From positions 5,350 to 69,349 of IMG/VR virus record IMGVR_UViG_3300045988_058615: a stretch of DNA of 64,000 nt; one strand, given 5' to 3'. The position numbers and the translations under genes are program-made. Numbering within the stretch: the first letter of the stretch is position 1; each line of letters opens with the position of its first letter. The stretch is from a virus. A model generated the notes under the pieces. That model made no database searches. It was not told where the DNA came from and worked only from the letters and a program-made list of their open reading frames with translations. Shown in pieces: positions 13,847-23,348 of the stretch.

Positions 13847-14004
13847 TATAGTATTTAACTCTTTGTAACTTCCTACTTCTTAATTCTTCCTTTATAAATG
13901 GGAGAAATTCTTCATCAGGTAAATCAGCTATAATGACTAAAGGCATCTCTGACCTATCAAAGTTAAACGATACCTTATAACCAACTGGATCTAGGTTCTG
14001 AATT

Positions 14005-16365
14005 TCAAGCCCACCTACGTATTCCATTTTGTACAAGTCTCTCATATAACCTAGGATCACTTGTTTCAATTCTGTATGGGTCATCGTATTCATTTTTTTG
14101 TATGTTAGCTTCAAAAGTCTTAGAAGTTGGTATAACCCCAAATCTTTTGATTCCTCTCTCGTCATAATAATAACCATAATCTTGGAATTGTTCAACTTCT
14201 TTTTCAACAAGCACTGGCTATCTTCCTGACAATTCCTAGTCTGCCAATTCTGTCATTCCTACAGCGGCCACAATATCGAATTTACCTTTATTCTCATCAT
14301 TATATCCAGTAAATTGGTCTAACATTTCTTCAAACCATATAGTATGACAGAAATCCTCAATAAAGGCTGCCGTCAAATCAGTATGTTGTTCTATAATAGT
14401 TTTGGTAGCAGGTGTTCCATACTATTTAGTAGTTCCATTCTTGACGTCTGTTAGAGTAGCTCTAGGTCTTTTCATAAAATAGTTTAAACAGCCTTTTTCC
14501 CTAGCCCATGTAACCATACCCATACGAGTAGCTTCTATGTTTATTCTGCAATTATAGTATCTAGCTAAACACATAGCTATTTTATAGGCTTCTCTGATGT
14601 CGTTAGGTCTGTCTTTATACATAGCAACATACTACGGTTCGTTTAGACCAAATGCTCTTCTTTTTATAGTTATACAGAAATCAGAAGGGTCTCTTGTTTC
14701 TTTTGAAGTTTGACTAGCTCCTATATCAATACCGTCTATTCCTGCAACATATAAATCATGCATTTCTTTGTATGCTGGAGATTCAAATTCTTCTCCCCTT
14801 TCCTCAGCTTCCTATCTAAGTTTATCCATCTACTCTTTATACAAATCAGACCATACAGGATGTTCAAGTATTTTTACTTTTCCGTTAATATTAGGAATCC
14901 ATTTAAAACCATCTATATTATCCTAGGTATGTTTATTGTTTTTATAGAAGTAGTCTATGTATCCAGATTCTGGTCTTGGTCCTATTTTCTTAAGTCTTAT
15001 ATTAGCTAATTGGTCCGCAATAAGAATCTTGTTGAACTTGTTGACACCTTCAAGATTAAATGCTTCTTCCGCATTCCAACATCGTTCAGCACACTTCTTT
15101 AGATAGTCGTCTGGAACTGCTAATAAATTGTCACGCTCTTCCTATAGATACTTTTTATATTCTACTGTATTACATACACCTCTATGGTCCATGTATTCTG
15201 AATTTAGAGACTAGACAAAATATGGAATGAAGAATCCACTTTCAATAGTAGTTCCATCCTGTGTATAATTATGTCTAAACGGAAGAACCTTGTAAGCTTT
15301 TGGATTGTAATATATCTTCTTAAGACCTGCTAATGGAGCACCCATATCACCACCAGTACCTCCAAATAACATTGTTCCACGAGGTTTACCCTGAACTTCG
15401 CAAAGCTCTTGCCCCTGCACTACAGCAGTATCTAGTCCAGGCCAAGACCCTGCTTCATCATATATTAATAAGTCAACACGGTCTCCACGAATATTAGATG
15501 CCTTAGCTCCATTTATTCCAACTACTTCTGATTTAAATCCAACATCCTCAAACTGCCCGTTTACCTTAATCTGTTTACCAGACTTTTTTCTTAAGTCTTG
15601 GTCAATCAAACGTAGTTTGAAGAATCCTCCCCCTGTAGAAGTATTCAAGAATGTTAAAGCATTATCAAACTTACTAAAAGTACCTTTAAGGAAGGTATCA
15701 TTAAAACAAGTAATCATTACTCTGCTTCTTCTGATTACTGAATACATTCTTGCAGATAAGGATGCATTTATTTCAGAGAATCCAATAGAACGAGCTTTCA
15801 TAAGAGCTGCGTGTTTATGCAGAACTCTAGCCATCTACAGATAATGAAAGAACATATAATGAGATGCGAAAAATATAGGAAAGTCACTACTTGTTCCTTC
15901 TCCAGATGCCTTGTTATCATCAATAATAGGAAGCTAGTAGAAGTTTAGGAAGAAATAGTTATCTCCAGTAATTGTATAACCATTAACAGTCATTCCATAT
16001 TTACATCTTCTATACTATTCCTTCCAAAACTCATTATATCTCTTACTATCTTTTAGATATGGACAATACTTTCCAGTTTTTCTATATACTTCTCTGGTCT
16101 CAGTAAACCAATCTGGGTCGAAGTCAAGACCATGTGTTTCATCTATCGGTCTATATCCAGTTATTTCATAAGATAAAGTAGGGTCAAATACCTCTATCTT
16201 GTCTCCTCTTTTTACATCCCAATAATCAGCATTTTTGCCTCTTTCCTCTCTTATCTTCTATACTAGTTCTCTAGCTTCTTTGGCATCCTCTTTTTGTTCT
16301 TTCTCTCTTACCTAATCTACTATATTCTAGATTTCTTCAGGTAATATTTTTTTCTTTCTAGGCAT
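14005..16365 (-). CDS. terL: Terminase large subunit, 786 aa, about 14 in-frame TAG
   Basis: Hand translation runs from the ATG at 16365 to the TGA at 14005-14007. It joins ORF fragments 15211-15834, 14422-14622 and 14005-14214. Walker-B-like VDLLIYDEAG, nuclease-type VAGIDGIDIGASQ, MPRKKKILPEEIQNIV N-terminus. Length is a multiple of 3. Confidence 0.75.
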
Positions 16366-16367
16366 AA

Positions 16368-16928
16368 TTAAAAGTCTCCTGGGTCAAAGCCGTCTGTAGC
16401 TCCACCTCTTACAGTAGATTGTTCTGTAAGCTCTTTCTTAACCTGCTCTTCTAGTGTTACTAATTCTTCATGAACTTTATGAAGAGTAGCCATTTCTTTC
16501 ATTACCTTTTCAGCTTGAAAGACGGGTTTGCCATTATTATCACGTTCATTTAAATCTACTATAGTATCAAAATAATCAATAAACTAGTCAGCTGCTCTTT
16601 TAGCTGCTTCTAGAAGTTTTATTGATTTGTTAGAATCCTACAATGCCCGGTATTTTCTACAGGCTTCCCTGAATAACGGGTCATTGAACTCAGATTCAGA
16701 TAGTCCAGAGTCACTAATAGCTTCATCATGTCTTTCATGTTCTGAATATTGGCTATAGGGACTCTTCCAATCAATAGCTAGATAAATGTAAGATAATTCT
16801 CTAGTTACTCGTTCCTTGTCAACAGATTTGTCTCTCTGTATCAAAGCCTTAAATTCTTTAACTAGAAGAAGCTCTGGTTCATTTATTTCTAACTATTTAG
16901 TTAAAGTGTTATAATTAAATACATTCAT
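16368..16928 (-). CDS. Putative terminase small subunit, 186 aa, 4 in-frame TAG
   Basis: MNVFNYNTLTKQLEINEPELLLVKEFKALIQRDKSVDKERV...GGATDGFDPGDF. It stops 2 nt before the terL ATG. Position-based call. Confidence 0.4.
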
Positions 16929-16964
16929 ACCCATCAATCATTAACATTAACATCTTTAATCTTT

Positions 16965-17692
16965 TTATTTCATTTTAGAACCGCATTTACTTACTTTCAT
17001 TTTAGAACCACAAGCATCTTTCTTAGCATACTTTGTTCTATCTGGAACCCATTTTCCATTTTTAAAGTTTCCCTTATGTCCTTTATTTGCCATGACCTCC
17101 TAGTCATTATATTTGTTAATGGATACAGAATCTCTAGATGCTTCATCCTTTGCAGATTTCATATCCTTTTTATACTAAGCTCTTCCAGCCTTGAACTTAT
17201 CAACTTCATTAGCTTTCTTAGTAACCTTAGTTCCTTTCTATGCTTTTTGACAAGCTTTGCAGATTCTTCCTCCCTGTTTAAAATAAACAAGTTCCTCTCC
17301 TTCTGGGCATACTCCTTTTAATTTTTTATAGTACTCTAGTTTAGCTCCAAGTCTAGCCATAACTCCGCCTTGCATCTTCTACATAAATTCTTGATACTTG
17401 GCTTTGATTCCGTCTTCTCCAAGCTACTCAGCGTAAGCCTATAAATCTTGCTCTGATTGTAGTTGTATCCCTTGTGCTTGGGCATCTTGTATCAAGTATG
17501 CCACGAATGCCTTCTGTAATTCTTCCTAATTAGCCATTACTCTTCTACTTTAATTAAATCCTTTGTATTAAATACTGCTTCCTGCATTAATCCAGAATCA
17601 GTAAACCATCTACATCTTAGTCCTCGTAATCCTTGGTTATCTTTAAATAAAGCTGCTTCTCTTCTTAGAACAAGCATAACTGGAGAGTGCAT
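16965..17692 (-). CDS. Hypothetical zinc-ribbon protein, TAG-recoded. The frame is uncertain and the C-terminus ends in a tandem CGSKMKVSKCGSKMK.
   Basis: Hand translation gives MHSPVMLVLRREAALFKDNQGL...CPEGEELVYFKQGGRICKACQKA... The length is not a multiple of 3, so there is a hand-reading error somewhere. Confidence 0.25.
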
Positions 17693-17747
17693 TACTTTAC
17701 ACTACCGTAAAGTAACACAATCCCCAGGCTTAAAATAAACTTTTTCA

Positions 17748-18350
17748 TCAATTGTTTCCATGCTTCAATTCGTCTCTTCTTTCAGTTAGTTTCTCATTAA
17801 CTACAGCCATGATTCTATTCTCATTAACTACTACAAATCCTAGTTTATAGAATGGAACCATACATTCGCTAGCTATTGTATAAAATACAATATCTCCAGG
17901 CTTCAAGAACTCACACTTGTGTCCTACTTCTATCACAGTTCCTACTTTAATAAATTGTTGTTCTTCTTCAATTTCTCCAGTTTCATTAGATTTATAAGTA
18001 GGAGTAAATCCACCTAAATCAGTAATAAGACCGCTTTTAGTAGTTTTTATTTTTTGGAATGGGTTTTGTTCAAAAGGTTTAATTAATGCATACCCATACA
18101 TCGGCATAATTTCAAGTCCATTCATATCGTTAGATAATGACTTAGCGTAATCCTCTAGTGCCTGATTATGTTTAGAGAATTTATCTTCTAACTCATCTAC
18201 TGAGGTATTAAACTTCTCTTGTTTTTCTCTTAATAATGTTTGGTCTGCAGCCTCTCCATTTAAAATAAAATGTTCTCCCGTACCTTCCATTCCAGTTAAT
18301 GATAGTGCTAGTTTTTCGTTACTGTTTAATTCTGTTCTCAAAGTTTCCAT
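17748..18350 (-). CDS. Co-chaperonin GroES (Cpn10)-like domain protein, 200 aa
   Basis: The C-terminal ~90 aa, ALIKPFEQNPFQKIKTTKSGLI...KVGTVIEVGHKCEFLKPGDIVFYT...NENRIMAVVNE, aligns with the GroES/gp31 pattern (mobile loop, VKVGD, IL.IVEA). No TAG. Confidence 0.5.
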   Translation of the reverse strand: METLRTELNSNEKLALSLTGMEGTGEHFILNGEAADQTLLREKQEKFNTSVDELEDKFSKHNQALEDYAKSLSNDMNGLEIMPMYGYALIKPFEQNPFQKIKTTKSGLITDLGGFTPTYKSNETGEIEEEQQFIKVGTVIEVGHKCEFLKPGDIVFYTIASECMVPFYKLGFVVVNENRIMAVVNEKLTERRDELKHGNN

Positions 18351-18358
18351 AATTCATT

Positions 18359-18592
18359 TTACCATTTACATAAATCACAATGTTCATCTTCAATTCTTGT
18401 TTTATTCTCTAATATACAACCACATTCATCGCACACTTCCCCAACAGATGTTTGTAATTTATGGGAACAAGCGTCACAAATCTTTAATCTTTTGGTTGCC
18501 AAATCTTGATTTATTCCGAATATATTGAAATATATACTTTTCAATATTGTTAAAGGTTTAGTAAATATTGCTTTAATCCATTTCCATATCAT
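18359..18592 (-). CDS. Small Cys-rich zinc-ribbon protein, 77 aa
   Basis: CDACSHK...CDECGC...CDLCKW. It is a paralog of 18675-18890; both end in C..CKW/GKW. Confidence 0.5.
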   Translation of the reverse strand: MIWKWIKAIFTKPLTILKSIYFNIFGINQDLATKRLKICDACSHKLQTSVGEVCDECGCILENKTRIEDEHCDLCKW

Positions 18593-18674
18593 ATCTTTTC
18601 CTCCTTTGTTTCCCTATTTATGACAGTAAGTATATAATGCTTATCTGGTTTATATAATATAGGAGTTCCATAAA

Positions 18675-18890
18675 TTACCATTTCCCTGCTGGGCAATGTT
18701 TCTTTTCGTTTGGAATTTTCTTCTCTAATAGACATCCACATCCCTTTATATATCCTTCTTTAGGGCTTATACTTATATCGTTATTCTTTGGATTTAGATA
18801 CAAATGCCCATTACATAATCCATTATCTTGGTCACATATTGGGCAGTGCCTACATATCTCAAATCTTTCTTCTATTTCCTCTAGTGTCAT
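18675..18890 (-). CDS. Small Cys-rich zinc-ribbon protein, 71 aa, paralog
   Basis: CRHCPIC...CNGH...CGC...HCPAGKW. Confidence 0.5.
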   Translation of the reverse strand: MTLEEIEERFEICRHCPICDQDNGLCNGHLYLNPKNNDISISPKEGYIKGCGCLLEKKIPNEKKHCPAGKW

Positions 18891-18892
18891 AA

Positions 18893-19807
18893 TTAATATT
18901 CAATACGTTGACGTTTTCTTTTATTTTCTGCTAATATAGATTCCTTCTTATAGAAGGCTAGCATTTTTATAACCTCATCTTTTAGATATGGCAAATGATA
19001 TACTGTCATATTGTCATTATGGTCGAAATGTACTAAAACCAAATCCTCTATTTCAAACTCTGGATTTTTCTTTTGAATCATCCAAGCGTAAGTACTTAAT
19101 TGTAAAGTATAGTGCCAGTAATTAACATCATCTAAATTATTTAGAGGATATTTCATCTTAACAGAAGTTTTGGTTTTGGAATTGAAGAAACTCTTAGTTT
19201 CTATTTTCTTATTGGTCTTCCAGTCTCCTATAATTATCTTATTTCCTCTTTTAACTAATAAGTCAATCTGTCCTGCTATTCTTAGCTTTCCATCATCCGA
19301 TACTCTAGATATTAAATACTCAGGATATACACCATTCTCTAAGTCTAATTCATTATGGTCTTTTATACACTCGAACTTGCCACCTATTTGATATTTACTA
19401 AGGTCTATGTTCTGTTTCTTTTTATAGAAGGAGTTTTCCAAATCTGCATGGATTTTAGTTCCTCTCTCGCATGAGTTTCTATTCTCTAAATCCCAAGCAT
19501 CTAAGATAGCTTGTTGCTCTTTATTAAACTCGTCTTCTGTAATGTTATGAAGTTCAAGTAGAACTTTATCAAATTTCTTAGTGTTCAACAAAGACTTTTT
19601 TTCTATAGCCCAATCTTCTTTAGGTAAGAGTTTCTCTAGTGCTTTATATGCTGACCAGAACTCCTTATCAAATGGTTGGGTGAAAGAATGAATTAAAGTC
19701 GTTACAGATATAAACTTCTGTTCTGGCTTTGTAACATCATAATAAATATGGGCTTCTTCCTCAAAAGCTATGTTCCCATTTTGTTTTGTAATTTTACTTT
19801 TGTCCAT
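18893..19807 (-). CDS. Putative PD-(D/E)xK-type nuclease, 304 aa
   Basis: D...D...(Q)IDLLVK arrangement (ISRVSDDGKLRIAGQIDLLVKRGN) and His-rich HFDHND. No TAG. The call is weak. Confidence 0.4.
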   Translation of the reverse strand: MDKSKITKQNGNIAFEEEAHIYYDVTKPEQKFISVTTLIHSFTQPFDKEFWSAYKALEKLLPKEDWAIEKKSLLNTKKFDKVLLELHNITEDEFNKEQQAILDAWDLENRNSCERGTKIHADLENSFYKKKQNIDLSKYQIGGKFECIKDHNELDLENGVYPEYLISRVSDDGKLRIAGQIDLLVKRGNKIIIGDWKTNKKIETKSFFNSKTKTSVKMKYPLNNLDDVNYWHYTLQLSTYAWMIQKKNPEFEIEDLVLVHFDHNDNMTVYHLPYLKDEVIKMLAFYKKESILAENKRKRQRIEY

Positions 19808-19921
19808 TAGTCATAATTCATTTAATCATTTATCACATTTATCTATATTTATTTGATACTTTTCAAGTATATTAATATTCTTTGTAAGATACAAATCAAT
19901 AAATAATACATTATATTAAAA

Positions 19922-20263
19922 ATGTCTAACAGTAAGAAAATTACAACATTTGGGTGTCCAATTTTCAAAAATGGGTCGGGCATCCACATTAAAGAGAAGA
20001 ACAGAGGCAAATTTACAGCATCTGCCAAGGCAGCAGGAGAATCTGTACAAGAACACGCTAAGCACGTACTAAACAATCCTAACGCTACCCCTCTTTAGAA
20101 GAAGCGAGCTAATTTTGCTAGAAATGCTTCTAAATGGAAACACGAAGATGGGGCTAAGATACATAAACCGAGTGGGCATAGGTCTATATTAGATAATGGA
20201 TGGATTCCTACTACTAGATTAAAGAAAGGAAATTATGGATTTATTAAAACTAAGAAACGATGA
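19922..20263 (+). CDS. Basic small protein of 113 aa with one in-frame TAG, on the plus strand
   Basis: MSNSKKITTFGCPIFKNGSGIHIKEKNRGKFTASAKAAGESVQEHAKHVLNNPNATPL[TAG]KKRANFARNASKWKHEDGAKIHKPSGHRSILDNGWIPTTRLKKGNYGFIKTKKR and a TGA. Confidence 0.5.
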
Positions 20264-20338
20264 AAAACATTATTAAGTGCATTAAAGAGATTGTATTGAG
20301 AATATATCTGTATTTACTATTTATATTTAAAAAGTAAC

Positions 20339-20530
20339 ATGGACTATAACAAAGCAACTTTACATGCAGCTACTGGTCGTACTCTACTACTTCCAGGCTG
20401 GAAGGGATATTTTTATTGGGATTATAATAAATAGGAATTGAACTTTAGAAACGGAGATTATCATCTAGATAATAAATAGCTTAAAGAAAAAGGAGTCATG
20501 GAGAGAACTGATTGGTACTATATTATATAA
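20339..20530 (+). CDS. Small protein of 63 aa with two in-frame TAG, on the plus strand
   Basis: MDYNKATLHAATGRTLLLPGWKGYFYWDYNK[TAG]ELNFRNGDYHLDNK[TAG]LKEKGVMERTDWYYII and a TAA. Confidence 0.45.
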
Positions 20531-20533
20531 CAA

Positions 20534-20570
20534 AATAGGCGAGCCTAGAGATTAGGTTCGCCTATTTTTA
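20534..20570. terminator. Bidirectional intrinsic terminator-like hairpin
   Basis: AATAGGCGA-loop-TCGCCTATT (9-bp stem) followed by TTTTA. It lies between convergent plus-strand and minus-strand genes. Confidence 0.5.
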
Positions 20571-20783
20571 TTTAACATTATACTTTGTATCATAAGTACA
20601 AGTGATTCTATTTATACCATCCTCCCACCAAGGTTTGTCTGATGGCTATCTAATACCACTTGGGATGGTTATTGTAGGGGTAGAAGTTTCTACTATGGCA
20701 TCTACTATTTTAAATAATGTATCCAAGTCAAACTCTGGAAACTCATTATGTAAGTTTGTTAATGTCTTTTTAAAGTCTATCAT
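20568..20783 (-). CDS. Small protein of 71 aa, one TAG
   Basis: MIDFKKTLTNLHNEFPEFDLDTLFKIVDAIVETSTPTITIPSGIR[Q]PSDKPWWEDGINRITCTYDTKYNVK. Confidence 0.4.
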
Positions 20784-21006
20784 ATCCTTCAAATGTATTA
20801 TCAATTATTGCTTTTTCTAGTGTAGTATCTTTATATAACCCGTTCTTAATTAGATTTCTAACCTAATTATCAACTACATTCCATATATCAATTAGTAATG
20901 ATTTATTCTCTGGAACGCTTTTAAGTGTGCTTTCTAAATAGTCAGCTTTTACCATGTTTACTAGTTGACCGTTGATAAAGACTTCAAATTTAAATTCTTT
21001 ACTCAT
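20770..21006 (-). CDS. Small protein of 78 aa, one TAG
   Basis: MSKEFKFEVFINGQLVNMVKADYLESTLKSVPENKSLLIDIWNVVDN[Q]VRNLIKNGLYKDTTLEKAIIDNTFEGYDRL. Confidence 0.45.
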
Positions 21007-21173
21007 ATATTTAGTATATTACACTTAGTCTATTTAATTCATCTAGGTAATCTAGAAACCATTGTTCATTTTGTTTTCCTTCTTCTGCAACAGCTTCTAT
21101 TAAAGATTCTGCTGCTAGGAGTATAGTTTCAGATAACTCTTTTAAGTTTGGCTTAGTTAGTTCATTGTATTTA

Positions 21174-21488
21174 TCAGTCAAGTTTAACATAATCCATCCA
21201 GTCTTTTATATAATTCTTACAATCTTCTAAGTCTGGATAGATACTTGCTATAGTGCAACCTGTTTTTGGATTTCTAAAATGATGAAGTTTTGCTTCTTCA
21301 TTTTTCTCTTCTTCTATATTTCTATTTAATGTTCTATTCCAGTAGTTGTATTTCTCATCTAGCATTTCCTTATCACACTCTTCCAATATTTTCATATTGG
21401 GATTACTCATTATTTTGTCATACTTTCTTTTTAAATTAGAAACTTTGACAACATCATTACCATTCAATACGACTGCACACTGTTTCAT
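21174..21488 (-). CDS. Hypothetical protein, 104 aa
   Basis: ORF track: MKQCAVVLNGNDVVKVSNLKRKYDKIMSNPNMKILEECDKEMLDEKYNYWNRTLNRNIEEEKNEEAKLHHFRNPKTGCTIASIYPDLEDCKNYIKDWMDYVKLD. Coding-like and without TAG. Confidence 0.5.
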   Translation of the reverse strand: MKQCAVVLNGNDVVKVSNLKRKYDKIMSNPNMKILEECDKEMLDEKYNYWNRTLNRNIEEEKNEEAKLHHFRNPKTGCTIASIYPDLEDCKNYIKDWMDYVKLD

Positions 21489-21712
21489 TTCACTACTTTA
21501 TAAGTACATATCTTACCTATCTGCTTTCCTTGAATACTTATTTGTGGAAGAAAGTAGCAGGCTTGATTCTCAAATTCTTGAGGTACAAATATATAATCAA
21601 ATCTACATCCAACTACCTTATCGCAAACTTTATTCCAATCATCTCCCTCTTCAATAATAAGGGTTTTAGCTCCTATTGGAGTTACAGCATAATTCTCATT
21701 TAACTTTATCAT
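21485..21712 (-). CDS. Hypothetical protein, 75 aa
   Basis: MIKLNENYAVTPIGAKTLIIEEGDDWNKVCDKVVGCRFDYIFVPQEFENQACYFLPQISIQGKQIGKICTYKVVK. An ATGA overlap joins it to the next gene. Confidence 0.45.
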   Translation of the reverse strand: MIKLNENYAVTPIGAKTLIIEEGDDWNKVCDKVVGCRFDYIFVPQEFENQACYFLPQISIQGKQIGKICTYKVVK

Positions 21713-21729
21713 AACTATTAATTTTGGCG

Positions 21730-21801
21730 TTGCCCTACTAGGATTCGAACCCAGACTAAATGATTTAGAGTCATCTGTGCTGACCATTACACCATAGGGC
21801 A
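21730..21801 (-). tRNA. Amber-suppressor tRNA(CUA), derived from tRNA-Gln
   Basis: Minus-strand sequence TGCCCTA-TG-GTGT-AATGGTCA-GCAC-A-GATGA-CTCTAAA-TCATT-TAGTC-CTGGG-TTCGAAT-CCTAG-TAGGGCA-A. The acceptor has 7 perfect base pairs, the anticodon loop is CU-CUA-AA, and the D and T arms are nearly identical to tRNA-Gln(UUG) at 33778-33848. Confidence 0.85.
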
Positions 21802-21938
21802 GTATTTATTTCTCTTTTAGAGATTTATTCTCCGCTGCCAATTTCTCTAGTTCTTTCCTTAGCTGTTCGTTTTCGTGAAATAAAGCCTACATAGTTGCAT
21901 TTACATTAGCAAGAAGTATTCTTATTTGAGCTATTTGT

Positions 21939-22340
21939 TCATACATACGCTTTCAGTTGTTCTATTTTCATAGTTACCACATTAGATAATGCCATTCTGA
22001 ATTTAGCAATTCCAGCTCTTACTGATTCTAATTTTTCACTTTCCAAACATTCTTGGATTTTATTCAGTTCGGACTCCCCTAGATATTCGCAGACATCTAT
22101 AAATAAATCATCATCTAAAGATTCTAAGTATTTCTGGAATTTGCCTACTTCTTCATTAGCTAGACAGCTTTCCTCTTTCTATCTCTCATAAGATATTAAT
22201 AAGAATAAAGAATCATCTGTGGATTCTGCTTTAATGGTTAGACCATTACTTGATAGATAATACTCCTAGTTCTTATTAATTGCATCAACGAGATTCTTAA
22301 ACTCGTCCTAATTTAGTAATGTTTCTAAGTCTGTAATCAT
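21939..22340 (-). CDS. First gene of the late (TAG-recoded) operon, 133 aa, 3 TAG
   Basis: MITDLETLLN[Q]DEFKNLVDAINKN[Q]EYYLSSNGLTIKAESTDDSLFLLISYER[Q]KEESCLANEEVGKFQKYLESLDDDLFIDVCEYLGESELNKIQECLESEKLESVRAGIAKFRMALSNVVTMKIEQLKAYV and a TGA at 21939-21941. Length is a multiple of 3. Confidence 0.5.
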
Positions 22341-22658
22341 AATTGTTTCTTTTTTAGTTATATACAACAATACCTTCTGAGAAGTTAAATACAAAGTTAA
22401 AAAATTCTAATTCTAATATTATACATATTTCATTTAGTTATCCGTAAATGGGTACAGGTACTTTATATAAATAGCCCCCTGGGGGTTTAATAAATTCGGA
22501 ATTTATATACAGATGAAAATTACCTAGATTCCGAAAATTATATGAGAGACTGTTATGGCGGTCCACAACCCCTTTAGTCCCCCCCTGTATATTGATATAA
22601 AACTAAAACTAAAACAAAAGTAACTCACAGTATTAACAAATTAAAAATTTTTAGTATT
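22341..22658. promoter_or_regulatory. Divergent early/late control region
   Basis: 318-nt gap between divergent operons. It contains a perfect palindrome CCCCCTGGGGG (22475-22485), an inverted repeat TTCGGAAT (22495-22502) / ATTCCGAA (22528-22535), and a GGTCCACAACCCC...CCCCCCC tract. Confidence 0.4.
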
Positions 22659-23102
22659 ATGACACTCGAAGAATTAAAAAACAGTAATCTCAGCGTAGAA
22701 GAACGTGCTAAATCAGTGGTAAATTCATTAGGTTTGGAAGGTAACGAACGTTCGGTTGTCGTCGGCCTGAAGAAGGGCGATAAGTTCCAGATTGTTGCTA
22801 TGAACAAAATGGAATTGAACGGCACACAAAGGGAAGGGCAAGCACGATTTGTGCCTATCACTTTCACAACTGACAGTGGTGCATCAATCGGAGCTAAACA
22901 TTTCGCTGGCGTGACTATCGACGACGAAGCTCCTGCTATTGGTTCTACTCCTTTGGAAAATGCAAATTTCCTTGTTTGGTGCATAGACCACAAAGTAACA
23001 TTTGTGGTTAAAAGTATCACCTCTGAGGACGTCGAAGCGCACGGGGAAGTTCCGGCTTATACCAAAAGAACTTACAAACTTGAGGTTGAGGACTACGAGT
23101 AA
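22659..23102 (+). CDS. Hypothetical early protein, 147 aa
   Basis: Intact ORF with standard stop usage; first gene of the plus-strand module. Confidence 0.55.
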   Translation: MTLEELKNSNLSVEERAKSVVNSLGLEGNERSVVVGLKKGDKFQIVAMNKMELNGTQREGQARFVPITFTTDSGASIGAKHFAGVTIDDEAPAIGSTPLENANFLVWCIDHKVTFVVKSITSEDVEAHGEVPAYTKRTYKLEVEDYE

Positions 23103-23153
23103 AAGATTGGGGAGAAATCCCCTTTCTTTTATATACAAATAATCTTTGTAGTT

Positions 23154-23348
23154 ATGGACACGAGAAAAAAGTTCAGAACGAAAAAGTGTTTGTATAACTG
23201 GGGAGCAATCTATGACCCAAAGACTGGAGAAAAGTTAAATCTCAAAGCGGACAGAGTTTATTGTAAAACTTCTGAAGCATGGATTATGACTTATCAAAAG
23301 TCAGAAGAAGACATTCCAAAAGTAATAAGAATTGTCTTTGTAGATTAA
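23154..23348 (+). CDS. Hypothetical small protein, 64 aa
   Basis: ORF track: MDTRKKFRTKKCLYNWGAIYDPKTGEKLNLKADRVYCKTSEAWIMTYQKSEEDIPKVIRIVFVD. It is followed by the hairpin CACGA-CTCTC-TCGTG at 23350-23364. Confidence 0.4.
   Translation: MDTRKKFRTKKCLYNWGAIYDPKTGEKLNLKADRVYCKTSEAWIMTYQKSEEDIPKVIRIVFVD

Noticed and set aside
823-19807. Treating each short minus-strand ORF-track entry as a separate gene or pseudogene
   Set aside because: The fragmentation is caused solely by in-frame TAG. The fragments concatenate into long, motif-bearing proteins (TerL, portal, RT, tail fibre) when TAG is read as Gln.
19849-20076. 75-aa minus ORF
   Set aside because: Antisense to the TAG-recoded plus-strand gene 19922-20263, which reads as a coherent basic protein.
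21485-21787. 100-aa minus-strand ORF
   Set aside because: Its upstream third is the suppressor tRNA(CUA) gene at 21730-21801. Only the part from 21712 down is retained, as a 75-aa CDS.
22625-23138. Minus-strand ORFs 22625-23020 and 22884-23138
   Set aside because: Antisense to the intact 147-aa plus-strand gene at the start of the early module.
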